Shown: positions 29,300 to 37,810, counted from the stretch's first letter. The stretch: DNA of 64,000 nt from an uncultured delta proteobacterium (GCA_963706575.1 CAVPNL010000005.1:32001-96000); one strand, 5' to 3'. Made by a program: numbers and translations. Notes: generated by a model not told the origin, from the sequence alone.

Positions 29300-30007
29300 A
29301 TGATTGAATCCATTTATCAGATTCTGGCCAAAATCGGTTACACCCATCCATTGCATCCGCCGGCCACTCATCTGCCGGCCGGGCTTATCATCGGGGGATT
29401 TGTATTCGCCCTGATTGCCTGGATTTTCAATCGTAAAAGCCTGGCCCAAACCGCGCGCCATTGTTTTATTCTGGCCTTAGTTATGGCCGTGGCCACGATT
29501 CTGCTGGGATTCATGGACTGGCAGCATCGCTTTGGCGGTGCCTATCTTTTTGAAATCAAAATGAAACTGGCGTTAGCAGGTATACTTGTGTTTTTACTTC
29601 TGGTCGCAGTGGTTTATGCCGCTTTGTCCGGAACCTTTACCAAAACACTTTTGGCCATATACGCGCTTTGTTTGTTGACAGTAATCGGCCTCGGGTATTT
29701 TGGCGGCGAGCTGGTGTATGGAACCAAAACCAGCGCAGAAACTGAATCCAAAGGCCTGGCCGGCGAAGGCACGGCGCTGTTCAAACAAAACTGCTCCGCC
29801 TGTCACTTTACCGATAGCACGGAAACGAAAGTGGGCCCCGGCCTGAAAGGCCTTTTCGCTCAAGACAAATTCCCAATCAGCGGCAAACCGGTGTCAGATG
29901 ACGGCTTTCGCCAGATTTTAAAAACACCTTACAGCAAAATGCCGCCCTTCGGGCACCTGGCAGACGAGCAGGTTAACGCACTGCTGGATTATCTAAAAAC
30001 ACTCTAA
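29300..30007 (+). CDS. Membrane protein (DUF2231-like) fused to a C-terminal monohaem c-type cytochrome
   Basis: HPLHPPATHLP followed by four TM helices ending GYFGGELVYG; CSACH haem motif and distal KMPPF. Confidence 0.85.
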   Translation: MIESIYQILAKIGYTHPLHPPATHLPAGLIIGGFVFALIAWIFNRKSLAQTARHCFILALVMAVATILLGFMDWQHRFGGAYLFEIKMKLALAGILVFLLLVAVVYAALSGTFTKTLLAIYALCLLTVIGLGYFGGELVYGTKTSAETESKGLAGEGTALFKQNCSACHFTDSTETKVGPGLKGLFAQDKFPISGKPVSDDGFRQILKTPYSKMPPFGHLADEQVNALLDYLKTL

Positions 30008-30103
30008 TATCTAGCTGAAGTTCTTCAATGTGATGCAGAACGGCATGGAGAAACAAAAGCCTGATAGAAGAAAAGCCTAATTTGGTTTTCTTCTTCTTGC
30101 GTA

Positions 30104-30132
30104 TTGACACCCACTTATATAATCCCTAACTT
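30104..30132 (+). promoter_or_regulatory. Candidate sigma70 promoter
   Basis: TTGACA-N17-TAACTT. Confidence 0.55.
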
Positions 30133-30178
30133 TCCAGTTAATAAATAACTTCCGGAAACACAAAAAGGAGATAAAAAA

Positions 30179-31000
30179 ATGAAAAAATGGATATTTATCG
30201 TCCTCGGTGCGATTGTTGTGGTCCTTATCGTCGTCGTGGTTGTCGGCCTTTCCAAACTGGGTCCTCTCGTCAAAATGGCGGTCAACACGTACGGCCCCAA
30301 AATTACGGGCACCGAATTGCGGGTGGATGATGTCGGAATTTCCATATTTTCGGCCGAAGCCAAGCTTAAAAAGTTTTTCCTGGGAAATCCAACCGGCTTC
30401 AAATCTCCGAGCGCCATGAAAGTCGGCTCTATCTATGTGGATGTTGATGAAGGTTCGATTACAAAAGATACCATCATCATTAATAAGATCGAAGTGGCCG
30501 GACCGGAAATTACATATGAGAAACGGGGCAAATCCGATAATTTTCAATCGATTTTAAACAATGTGCAAAATAATGTGCCCAAAGGAAAAACCGCTAAAAA
30601 AGAGCCGTCGGAGGAGGGTCCGGGAAAGAAGCTGATCATCAATGATTTTATAATAAAAAATGGCAAAGTGAACCTGGCTATGGAGATACCCGGTGGTGTG
30701 CTGGGTGACCAGGAAATCAAGGCCGATCTTCCCGACATTCATCTCAAGGATATAGGCAAGAAAAAAGGCGGTGCCTCAGCGGCAGAGGTGGCCAAGGAAA
30801 TTTTTGCGGCGCTGTACGGTAAAATTCAATCCCCCGCGGTGATGGGCGCTTTAAGCGATCAGTTAAAAAAACTGAGCGGCGCCGGCATTGATGAGATTGG
30901 AAAAGCCGCGAAGGGAGCCGCCGGTATGGTAGAGGGTGCCGGCAAAGATGCGGAAGGTGTTACCGACAAGGTGAAGGGGTTGTTCAAAAAGAAGGAATAG
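30179..31000 (+). CDS. AsmA-like/DUF748 membrane-anchored protein
   Basis: N-terminal TM anchor, beta-rich body (LGNPTGF...), AAGGAG RBS. Confidence 0.7.
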   Translation: MKKWIFIVLGAIVVVLIVVVVVGLSKLGPLVKMAVNTYGPKITGTELRVDDVGISIFSAEAKLKKFFLGNPTGFKSPSAMKVGSIYVDVDEGSITKDTIIINKIEVAGPEITYEKRGKSDNFQSILNNVQNNVPKGKTAKKEPSEEGPGKKLIINDFIIKNGKVNLAMEIPGGVLGDQEIKADLPDIHLKDIGKKKGGASAAEVAKEIFAALYGKIQSPAVMGALSDQLKKLSGAGIDEIGKAAKGAAGMVEGAGKDAEGVTDKVKGLFKKKE

Positions 31001-31070
31001 AGGTGGCTATATTAGTCCCCTAAGTCCAAATGGTTGTGTCGATAACTGATCTAAAAAGTTAAAAATATGC

Positions 31071-31203
31071 AAGTGAGCTAAAGTGCCTAAAGTGATCTAA
31101 AATGCCTAAAGTTAAGGTATTCTGTCATTTTTATAATAGATGATAGAGCGCAGCCATACCTTAACTTTAGGCACTTCCAACTTTAGTTCACTTTAGTCAC
31201 TTT
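31071..31203. repeat. Inverted (CTAAAGTG)n/(CACTTTAG)n repeat cassette
   Basis: Perfect 18-bp stem TGCCTAAAGTTAAGGTAT (31103-31120)/ATACCTTAACTTTAGGCA (31156-31173) plus flanking tandem units. Confidence 0.88.
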
Positions 31204-32182
31204 TATAGAGCTCATCCGCCTGGATTTCATCCAGGGTTTTCTGATATTTTTCAACATGCGGCCCGCCGAGCATTACGGCTCGGCGGGCCGCATTTATTGC
31301 TTCCTGTTTTTTCCCCTGCTTCCAAAGTACATGGGCCAGATTGTTGAAAGCAACGCCTTCATCGGGGAAAAGAATCGTTGTTTTTTGCAATACCGTTCGG
31401 GCGGATTTCAAATCACCCTGAGCATAATAGCTGTTGCTCAAACCGATATGGGCTGAAAGGCTTTGCGGCCAGCGACCCAATGCGGTCTTATACCCTTCAA
31501 CCGCGGCCGGCCACTGTTCGGTTCTCTCCAGGCCGACAACTGCTTTAATATAGAAATTTTCTTCGGCTGTCGCCGGCAGACGGTTTGGCGGCAACACCAC
31601 CAATCCCCAGTGTTGACTTCTGGCCCATGTGTTTCCAAAGGTATTTAATGCGGTTGTTTTCCGTTTCGTGATTCCCGAGTGCAGGATGATCACCGCTTTG
31701 CCAAAATCATAACCGATGACCACTGCGTAGTGCCAGACGGGAACCCATGAGAGTCCGAGGTTCTGCAAAACAATAACCGGATGACCGGCTGTGATTTCTT
31801 TAAGCAATGCATTTACGCCCGAGATGGGATAGGCGATCCGACCATGGCGGCGGGCGGCGGCGATCATGGCTGGCTGCAGGCTGCCTTTGAGGGAAGGGGT
31901 ATAAACCTGCGGGGCGAGTTCATGCGCATTTATTTGAAGGCCGCTCCAGGCCAGAACCATTGCCAAGGAGGCCGGCCCGCACTGGTATTCTTCCTGGGGA
32001 AAAAACGGCACCGCACTCAATTCATGATAGGGCGGGACGTTGCCGGCGGCCTGGATCCATTTATCCGACGGCGTGGTGGCGCATCCGTTCCAAACGAATA
32101 ATCCAATGACCCAAACCCCGATAACGATCCACTGCTTTAAATCTTGAGCACGGTGTCGCTTGCTTTTTTTATTATCGCACAA
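31193..32182 (-). CDS. PA2778-family cysteine peptidase (C39-like) with C-terminal TPRs, probable lipoprotein
   Basis: WNGC lipobox-like sequence, VPFFPQEEYQCGPASLA, WHYAVVIGYD, TPR-like AFNNLA. Start codon uncertain. Confidence 0.85.
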   Translation of the reverse strand: MCDNKKSKRHRAQDLKQWIVIGVWVIGLFVWNGCATTPSDKWIQAAGNVPPYHELSAVPFFPQEEYQCGPASLAMVLAWSGLQINAHELAPQVYTPSLKGSLQPAMIAAARRHGRIAYPISGVNALLKEITAGHPVIVLQNLGLSWVPVWHYAVVIGYDFGKAVIILHSGITKRKTTALNTFGNTWARSQHWGLVVLPPNRLPATAEENFYIKAVVGLERTEQWPAAVEGYKTALGRWPQSLSAHIGLSNSYYAQGDLKSARTVLQKTTILFPDEGVAFNNLAHVLWKQGKKQEAINAARRAVMLGGPHVEKYQKTLDEIQADELYKSD

Positions 32183-32579
32183 ATGTAAAGACGTTTGTAT
32201 AGCCCATGGCATCTGTGATGATTAAAATAATGACAATGATACCAACGACCAATAAGAATGTCACCAAGAAGCTGCCACCGGCGGGAAGTTCTTCGATTTC
32301 ATCGACGATTCGCTGGGCTTCAACATCGGTAAGACTGTCAACGCGGGCCATGGCTTCGAGGGGGTTGATTCCCTGTGCCCTTAGGACCGCTTGAGCATCT
32401 TCACGCGCAAGGATCGTCTTAATAGCGTTGCGATCTTCCTGACCCTTTGCCGTTATGTCCAGAGTTGCTTCGGTTTCGATCATCGCTGCCAGTACCGATT
32501 GATACGGTACCGCCACCATAACCATTAAAATGACCAGAAATACACCTGTGGATTTCGAACGCTGCCGAATCAATTTCAT
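32172..32579 (-). CDS. PA2779-family small secreted/membrane protein
   Basis: Signal peptide, ARVDSLTD.E, LPAGG, then a hydrophobic tail ending ITDAMGYTNVFTFVR; adjacent to the PA2778-like gene. Confidence 0.85.
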   Translation of the reverse strand: MKLIRQRSKSTGVFLVILMVMVAVPYQSVLAAMIETEATLDITAKGQEDRNAIKTILAREDAQAVLRAQGINPLEAMARVDSLTDVEAQRIVDEIEELPAGGSFLVTFLLVVGIIVIILIITDAMGYTNVFTFVR

Positions 32580-32619
32580 TCTTTACCTCCTCCAAATTCT
32601 GTGGGTGGAATTTGTGTTC

Positions 32620-32648
32620 ATCGTATCCTCAAAACGTATAATTGTCAA
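32620..32648 (-). promoter_or_regulatory. Candidate sigma70 promoter of the PA2779/PA2778 operon
   Basis: TTGACA-N17-TACGAT on the minus strand; GGAGG RBS downstream. Confidence 0.65.
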
Positions 32649-32884
32649 TTTTAGAGGCTCCAGAGGATCCCGCAGCCCCGGCAGTGCTTACGCCACCACC
32701 CCGAGGCATTGGATTACGGCAAGGCAGGTGATCTCTGACCTATATGAGAGGGGCAGGTATTCACTGCTAAAATTAATAAACCCCCAAAAAGAAGAATTTG
32801 TTTTTCATTTTGGAGGTTTATCTTTAGCCAGTGATGTGTTTGCGCTCAATTCGATCGTTAATCGGTTGATCGCGTTGAGTCTCT

Positions 32885-33100
32885 TTAATCTTCGCCGCCA
32901 TATTTAAAGGAGAGATTCACCAGGGCGCGGTAAGCGGCCACTTTGCCGTCTTCAATTTTAAGATCCAGTTTTTGAATTTCCGCAACCCTCAGATCTCTCA
33001 GGCTCTTACTCGCAGTTTCCACTGCATTTTTAGCGGCTTCCTCCCAGGAAGTGGGACTACTACCTACCAGTCTGATGACTTTGTACACGCTGTCGGCCAT
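32885..33100 (-). CDS. Dodecin family flavin-binding protein
   Basis: SVYKVIRLVGSSPTSWEEAAKNAV...YRALVNLSFK. Confidence 0.93.
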   Translation of the reverse strand: MADSVYKVIRLVGSSPTSWEEAAKNAVETASKSLRDLRVAEIQKLDLKIEDGKVAAYRALVNLSFKYGGED

Positions 33101-33597
33101 TTTTTCCTCCTTTCTGCAATTCCAAACAATTAGGTCAATGGATTGCTTTTTCCGGCAGCCGACCGAATTCTAAAACTGGTCTTTTTGCTGCGCAGATATT
33201 TTTACCCCTATAAGCATTGGGGATCAAATAAAAAGTCTCCAAACGAATGCAAAAATCCGCTGGAGACGTTAACCGCATAATTTGAAACCACTTCTCATCA
33301 TCAAATCCTCCGTGGAAGACCGATTTAGGGTTAATATTAGAGAAAAATCTGAAACGACGTTGATGCTTGAAGAAAGGAATGGTTTCAGCTCAATTCAAAG
33401 GTCCGCTTGAGCGCAACACGGCTTGCAAATGCCAAAATTCGGGTTCAATTAGAAATTTAAATTATTTTGATTTAGGTTTGATTATGTGGGTAAGTTAAAC
33501 AATGAGAGGAACAAAGTCAAGCTTGAAAAAAAACTAGGATTAAAGCGCTTCTTCGTTCCAAATAAAGCATTGAAAGGAGCTGGCAGGCGAAGCTATT

Positions 33598-34005
33598 TCA
33601 ACGCCATTTTTTATAGGACGTCTTCAGTTGCTGAAAGCGCTCGGCGCCGATAATTCCACGAACACGCATAATAAATCCCAGGCGCTCGTCAGCCAGGTCT
33701 GTGCGGGCACTTTCGAGTCGTTTGAACTGGGTGCGAACTTTGGCGTCATCGACCGTCTTTTTCCCCAGCAGGGTATCGAGCTCAAACTGTTCGCGCTCCA
33801 CCGCATTTTTCAATTTAATAAGCTTGCGCTGGCTATCTACCCACGCCTGATCCAGCTGGCGAATCTCCTTCTGGGTCAGATTGAGATTTTGAACGACTTT
33901 TTGATTGTACCACCACTTCCCGGAAGGTACATTCTGACCGGTGGCCAGGCCAGGCAGGTTGATCATGAGAATCAGCAATATGCCAACCCAGACCTTTTTT
34001 AACAT
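33598..34005 (-). CDS. Periplasmic Spy/CpxP/ZraP-like heavy-metal sensor protein
   Basis: Signal peptide, KWW, an LNLTQKE LTxxQ-like motif, helical composition. Confidence 0.75.
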   Translation of the reverse strand: MLKKVWVGILLILMINLPGLATGQNVPSGKWWYNQKVVQNLNLTQKEIRQLDQAWVDSQRKLIKLKNAVEREQFELDTLLGKKTVDDAKVRTQFKRLESARTDLADERLGFIMRVRGIIGAERFQQLKTSYKKWR

Positions 34006-34547
34006 AATATGGATCCTTTCTTTGCTAATGCGGAGATTCTGGGGGCGTCTTCATTTGTCGGGATTAGAAAATCAATGAAATCTTCATCCAGGTTCAAATT
34101 GGTATCCCCCATAATGTCCAGGTAGACCTGTGGCAATGCATTTTCCACCAGTACATTTATCTCAGTCATCAGTATTTCTGCTTCTACCATATTTTGAGCT
34201 AAATTTCCAATACGACCTTGCTGTTGACTTCGGATCAAAAACGTAGCCCACACAACGATAATGACAGCCGCAACAGCTGCAGCGCTAAAAGCAAACCCCC
34301 GGATGGAAAAAGGCGCTCGCATTTTATCATGCGCCACTGTAATGCGCCTCAGCGGTTCTGGGGCATAGCGCTCAGCCGTTTGCCCCAGATGCGTCAATTC
34401 ATTTTCAAGGCGCTCCCTGTGTGATCGGCATCGGGGGCATTCCGCCAGGTGTTGTTGCTGCAGCTTGGACAGATCGGTGTCATCAATCACCGCCTGCAGC
34501 ATTTCGTCTTCTCCCAGGTGGGGTTGGTTAGGGTTATGGATACTCAC
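33999..34547 (-). CDS. Zinc-binding anti-sigma factor
   Basis: HLAECPRC (HxxxCxxC) followed by one TM helix; overlaps the sigma gene stop. Confidence 0.8.
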   Translation of the reverse strand: MSIHNPNQPHLGEDEMLQAVIDDTDLSKLQQQHLAECPRCRSHRERLENELTHLGQTAERYAPEPLRRITVAHDKMRAPFSIRGFAFSAAAVAAVIIVVWATFLIRSQQQGRIGNLAQNMVEAEILMTEINVLVENALPQVYLDIMGDTNLNLDEDFIDFLIPTNEDAPRISALAKKGSILC

Positions 34548-35167
34548 GTTAGGTCCTCCTGAAGAAATTGACGTAATCCTTTTTCTTTCTTGAATTTGGC
34601 CAATGCCCGATACAGATGGGTTTTTACAGTGCTTTCACTTTTCTTCAATGTCTGGGCGATTTCATTTATATTTAAGTTGTCCAGAAACCGCAGCATAAAT
34701 ACCTCGCGCTCCATTTTTGATAGCTTCTTTGCAATCCGCCCAATGTGTCGCCAGAAATCCTCTTTTAAAACCTGTTCCAGCGCTTCGGGCGCGTCCTGAA
34801 AATCGGTTGCCGCAGGTTGAACGTCAGTGCCTTCATCGGAGGATTTAAATATGGATCTGACTCTTTTTTTGCGCAGATAGTCATTTACGCGGTTGACAGC
34901 GATCGTAAACAACCAGCTGCGAAATTTATGCGGCTCCCGGAGGCGGGAAATGTTTCGATAGGCCCGAACGAATACATCCTGGGTCAGGTCTTCGGTATCC
35001 ATTTGAGCGCGTATGCGGTAGTAAATCATGCGGTGTATCTCTCCCTGATAGCGATCAATCAGCTGTTCAAAGGCCAGGCGGTTTCCGTCTCTGGCCTGTA
35101 TGACAAGGCCTGTCATTTGATCGCCAGAGAGCTTCGAGCCAGAAACGTTATGAGTTGATGGATTCAT
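34544..35167 (-). CDS. ECF RNA polymerase sigma factor
   Basis: EDLTQDVF, FRSWLFTIAVN, EIAQTL...STVKTHLYRA. Confidence 0.95.
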   Translation of the reverse strand: MNPSTHNVSGSKLSGDQMTGLVIQARDGNRLAFEQLIDRYQGEIHRMIYYRIRAQMDTEDLTQDVFVRAYRNISRLREPHKFRSWLFTIAVNRVNDYLRKKRVRSIFKSSDEGTDVQPAATDFQDAPEALEQVLKEDFWRHIGRIAKKLSKMEREVFMLRFLDNLNINEIAQTLKKSESTVKTHLYRALAKFKKEKGLRQFLQEDLT

Positions 35168-35278
35168 TGTTTCGTATCAGCGAGGTTGTCTGTACCTGAG
35201 AACAATGCTTCAGTGAATCAGATTCATTATACTGGCTCTCAATTATATTATTCATTTCTCAACAATTCTGGCTGTAAA

Positions 35279-35306
35279 GACGCAAAAGCGGGAAAAATGG
35301 TTTACA
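35279..35306 (-). promoter_or_regulatory. Candidate autoregulatory ECF-type promoter
   Basis: TGTAAACC-N16-CGTC on the minus strand (AAC/CGT pattern), about 110 bp upstream of the sigma gene. Confidence 0.55.
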
Positions 35307-35318
35307 AAAATCAGCCTT

Positions 35319-35418
35319 ACTCACCCATCGGGCCTTTTGAGCCCCTTAACTAATCTTTCCATTAGATGCGAAATCCCGCTTCATAAAGCGGGGAGAAGGG
35401 GTTTTGAAACCACTTCGA
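35319..35418 (-). mobile_element. Partial family A element (left half of the long variant)
   Basis: Its reverse complement aligns with 6382-6481, including the insertion that the short copies lack. Confidence 0.85.
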
Positions 35419-35488
35419 GATAAAATCAGTTTAATCCTTATATTCTACTTGCATAAGGGCTGATTCCTATGTATGAATGCTCCCTTAT

Positions 35489-35654
35489 CAATTAGTTTCC
35501 ATCCGGAAATGGCCCTTTTTCGCTTTGTCTTGATGAGCTGCGTTCTCCGCGGGTTTTCCGCCGGCAACGTACTCGATGTACGCCTTGGCGGAAACCCTTG
35601 TGCGGCCTTGCTCATCGAAAAAACTGCTCATTTCCAAATTGAAAACCAATTAGT
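35489..35654. mobile_element. Hairpin element with a CTGCGTT...CGTAC-loop-GTACG...CCTTG core
   Basis: Long imperfect inverted repeat (GATGAGC/GCTCATC, GGGTTTTCCGCC/GGCGGAAACCC); CAATTAGT is directly repeated at both ends. Confidence 0.7.
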
Positions 35655-35702
35655 GCTGTCCCTTGTATGTGCACTAATTGGAAAAGTGGGGTGTGATTCT
35701 TG

Positions 35703-36764
35703 ATGGATATTAAATTATCGGGGAGCAGTCAAGCCCGGGTTTCCTCCATTGGCATTGCGCAAGCGGCGTCTTATATTGCCCGTACCCAGAGACCCGATGG
35801 AGAAATACCCTGGTGTGAGGGGCAAAAAACGGACCCTTGGGATCATGTTGAATCCGCCATGGGTCTCAGTGTGGGGGGCTATCTGGGTGAATCCCAACGG
35901 GCCTTTGAATGGTTAGCCGGCAAGCAGCTGGATGATGGCAGCTGGTACACGGCATACCGGCAAGGGGTTGCCGAAGATAAAACCCGCGACGCCAATCTGT
36001 CTTCCTACATTGCTGTCGGTCTGCTGCACTACTACTTAATAACAAAGGATAAGGCGTTTTTAAAAGAAATGTGGCCGACACTTTCAAAGGCCATTGAATT
36101 TGCCTTGAGCTTACAAACACCCAACGGTGAAATCTACTGGGCCATAAGCCCCGAAGGCAACGTTGACCGTATGGCACTTTTAACGGGGTCCAGCTCGATT
36201 TACATGAGCATTAAATGCGCGCTGGCGATTGCAAAAATACTGGGGTTTTTCATGCCGCTCTGGGAAATTGCCATGAATAAACTGGCTGAGGCCATAAAGC
36301 ATAAGCCCTACGTGTTTAATATGACCAAATCCCGCTATTCGATGGATTGGTTTTATCCGATTCTTTGCGGTGCTATTACCGGAGATGATGCCCAAAAACG
36401 CCTTGATAAATACTGGAAAAAATTTGTGGTTGAGGACCGGGGCGTGAGATGTGTATCGGATAAACCCTGGGTTACCATTGCTGAAACATCGGAGCTGACC
36501 CTGACGCTGGCGGGTATGGGGAGCCCTGAACTGGCCGCAATTGTGTTTAGTTGGATCTGTGATCGACGGTATCAAGACGGATCCTACTGGTGCGGATTTA
36601 TCTGCCCGGATCTGGTCATTTGGCCGCAAGATAAAATTACCTGGACCAATGCGGCGGCTCTGATTGCTGCGGATGCGATTTACAATTTAACACCTGCAAG
36701 CGCGCTCTTTAGTCATCAATTCTGGGCGATCTCTGAGCTTTCGCCACTTGTCGATTTCAATTAA
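35703..36764 (+). CDS. Prenyltransferase/squalene-cyclase-repeat (alpha-alpha barrel) family protein
   Basis: QW-like repeats QRPDGEIPW, QLDDGSW, QTPNGEIYW, QDGSYW; DPWDHVE motif. Confidence 0.75.
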   Translation: MDIKLSGSSQARVSSIGIAQAASYIARTQRPDGEIPWCEGQKTDPWDHVESAMGLSVGGYLGESQRAFEWLAGKQLDDGSWYTAYRQGVAEDKTRDANLSSYIAVGLLHYYLITKDKAFLKEMWPTLSKAIEFALSLQTPNGEIYWAISPEGNVDRMALLTGSSSIYMSIKCALAIAKILGFFMPLWEIAMNKLAEAIKHKPYVFNMTKSRYSMDWFYPILCGAITGDDAQKRLDKYWKKFVVEDRGVRCVSDKPWVTIAETSELTLTLAGMGSPELAAIVFSWICDRRYQDGSYWCGFICPDLVIWPQDKITWTNAAALIAADAIYNLTPASALFSHQFWAISELSPLVDFN

Positions 36765-36805
36765 ATAGGTGCATCTCAATCTGTGACAATAATCCTTTCA
36801 ATTGT

Positions 36806-37066
36806 TTAACCACAGAGCACACAGAACTCACTGAGAAAATTAAAAGTTAAATTTATCCGCAGATTACGCAGATTTCCGCAGATTTGGAAAATTAATATTA
36901 AGAGAAATTCATTAAAATTATTACAGAGACAGAAATAATTGTTAATTATCTAAAATTTGTGGGCCCATTTTTTTATATTTTCTAATTTATAAATTAATCT
37001 GCGATAATCTGCGAAATCTGCGGATTATTAAATCACCTCTTTGGTCTCTGTGATCTCTGTGGTTAA
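36806..37066. repeat. Two nested inverted tandem-repeat cassettes: outer (CACAGAG), inner (CGCAGATT)
   Basis: TTAACCACAGAG (36806-36817)/CTCTGTGGTTAA (37055-37066) enclose CCGCAGATTACGCAGATTTCCGCAGATT (36857-36884)/AATCTGCGATAATCTGCGAAATCTGCGG (36996-37023). Confidence 0.9.
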
Positions 37067-37087
37067 TTATTAAAAAGGTTAAGATCC

Positions 37088-37807
37088 TTGCAGAAAGATC
37101 ACCGCCCATATTTTTTAAAAAGAGCGCTATCGAAGTTTCAAAGATTTTATACCCGCCATTTTTTACGTCCCCATTTTACCGCCCTTGGCAATTCCCCTAC
37201 AATTGTTAAGCCCTGGTACGTGGAAGTATTCGGCTCCCCGGTTGATATCGGTGATTATGTTTCCATTATTGCCGCTCCGGACAACAGGGTGCGGTTGTCT
37301 GTTTGGGCAGACAAACAGGTCAGCGGACGAATTCGTATCGGAGATTATTGTCTGCTCGGTCCGGGAGTTAGAATCAGTTCGGCTTCACAAATCCGCATCG
37401 GTGATAACTGCATGATCGCCAGCGGTGCCTATCTAACCGATTCCGATTGGCATGATGTCTATAACCGTATTGCATTCGGGAAAACAGATCCGATTGATAT
37501 TGCGAATAACGTCTGGATCGGAGACAGCGCCATTGTCTGCAAAGGGGTTAGCATCGGTGAAAACAGTGTCGTTGGTGCCGGGGCGGTGGTGGCCAATTCT
37601 ATCCCCGCCAATTGCATTGCCGCCGGAAACCCTGCCCAGGTTGTCAAGCATCTTGACGCTGAAGAAGCATTTACGACCCGTAAGCAGTGGTTTTTAAAAG
37701 CTTCCAATTTGTATGCTGAAATTGATCAACTGGACAGAGAGTTGTTGGGCGACAATACCTTGCTGCACTGGTTGCGGTATGTGTTCTTTCCCTCTAAAGG
37801 AGATTGA
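37088..37807 (+). CDS. Hexapeptide-repeat acyltransferase
   Basis: IRIGDNC, DSDWH, NVWIG, IGENSVVGAGAVV, AAGNPA. TTG start. Confidence 0.9.
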   Translation: MQKDHRPYFLKRALSKFQRFYTRHFLRPHFTALGNSPTIVKPWYVEVFGSPVDIGDYVSIIAAPDNRVRLSVWADKQVSGRIRIGDYCLLGPGVRISSASQIRIGDNCMIASGAYLTDSDWHDVYNRIAFGKTDPIDIANNVWIGDSAIVCKGVSIGENSVVGAGAVVANSIPANCIAAGNPAQVVKHLDAEEAFTTRKQWFLKASNLYAEIDQLDRELLGDNTLLHWLRYVFFPSKGD

Positions 37808-37810
37808 TTC

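Noticed and set aside
32650..33300. FMN or other riboswitch near dodecin
   Set aside because: No FMN, SAM, cobalamin, glycine or c-di-GMP consensus could be recognised by eye. An Infernal search would be needed to exclude one fully.
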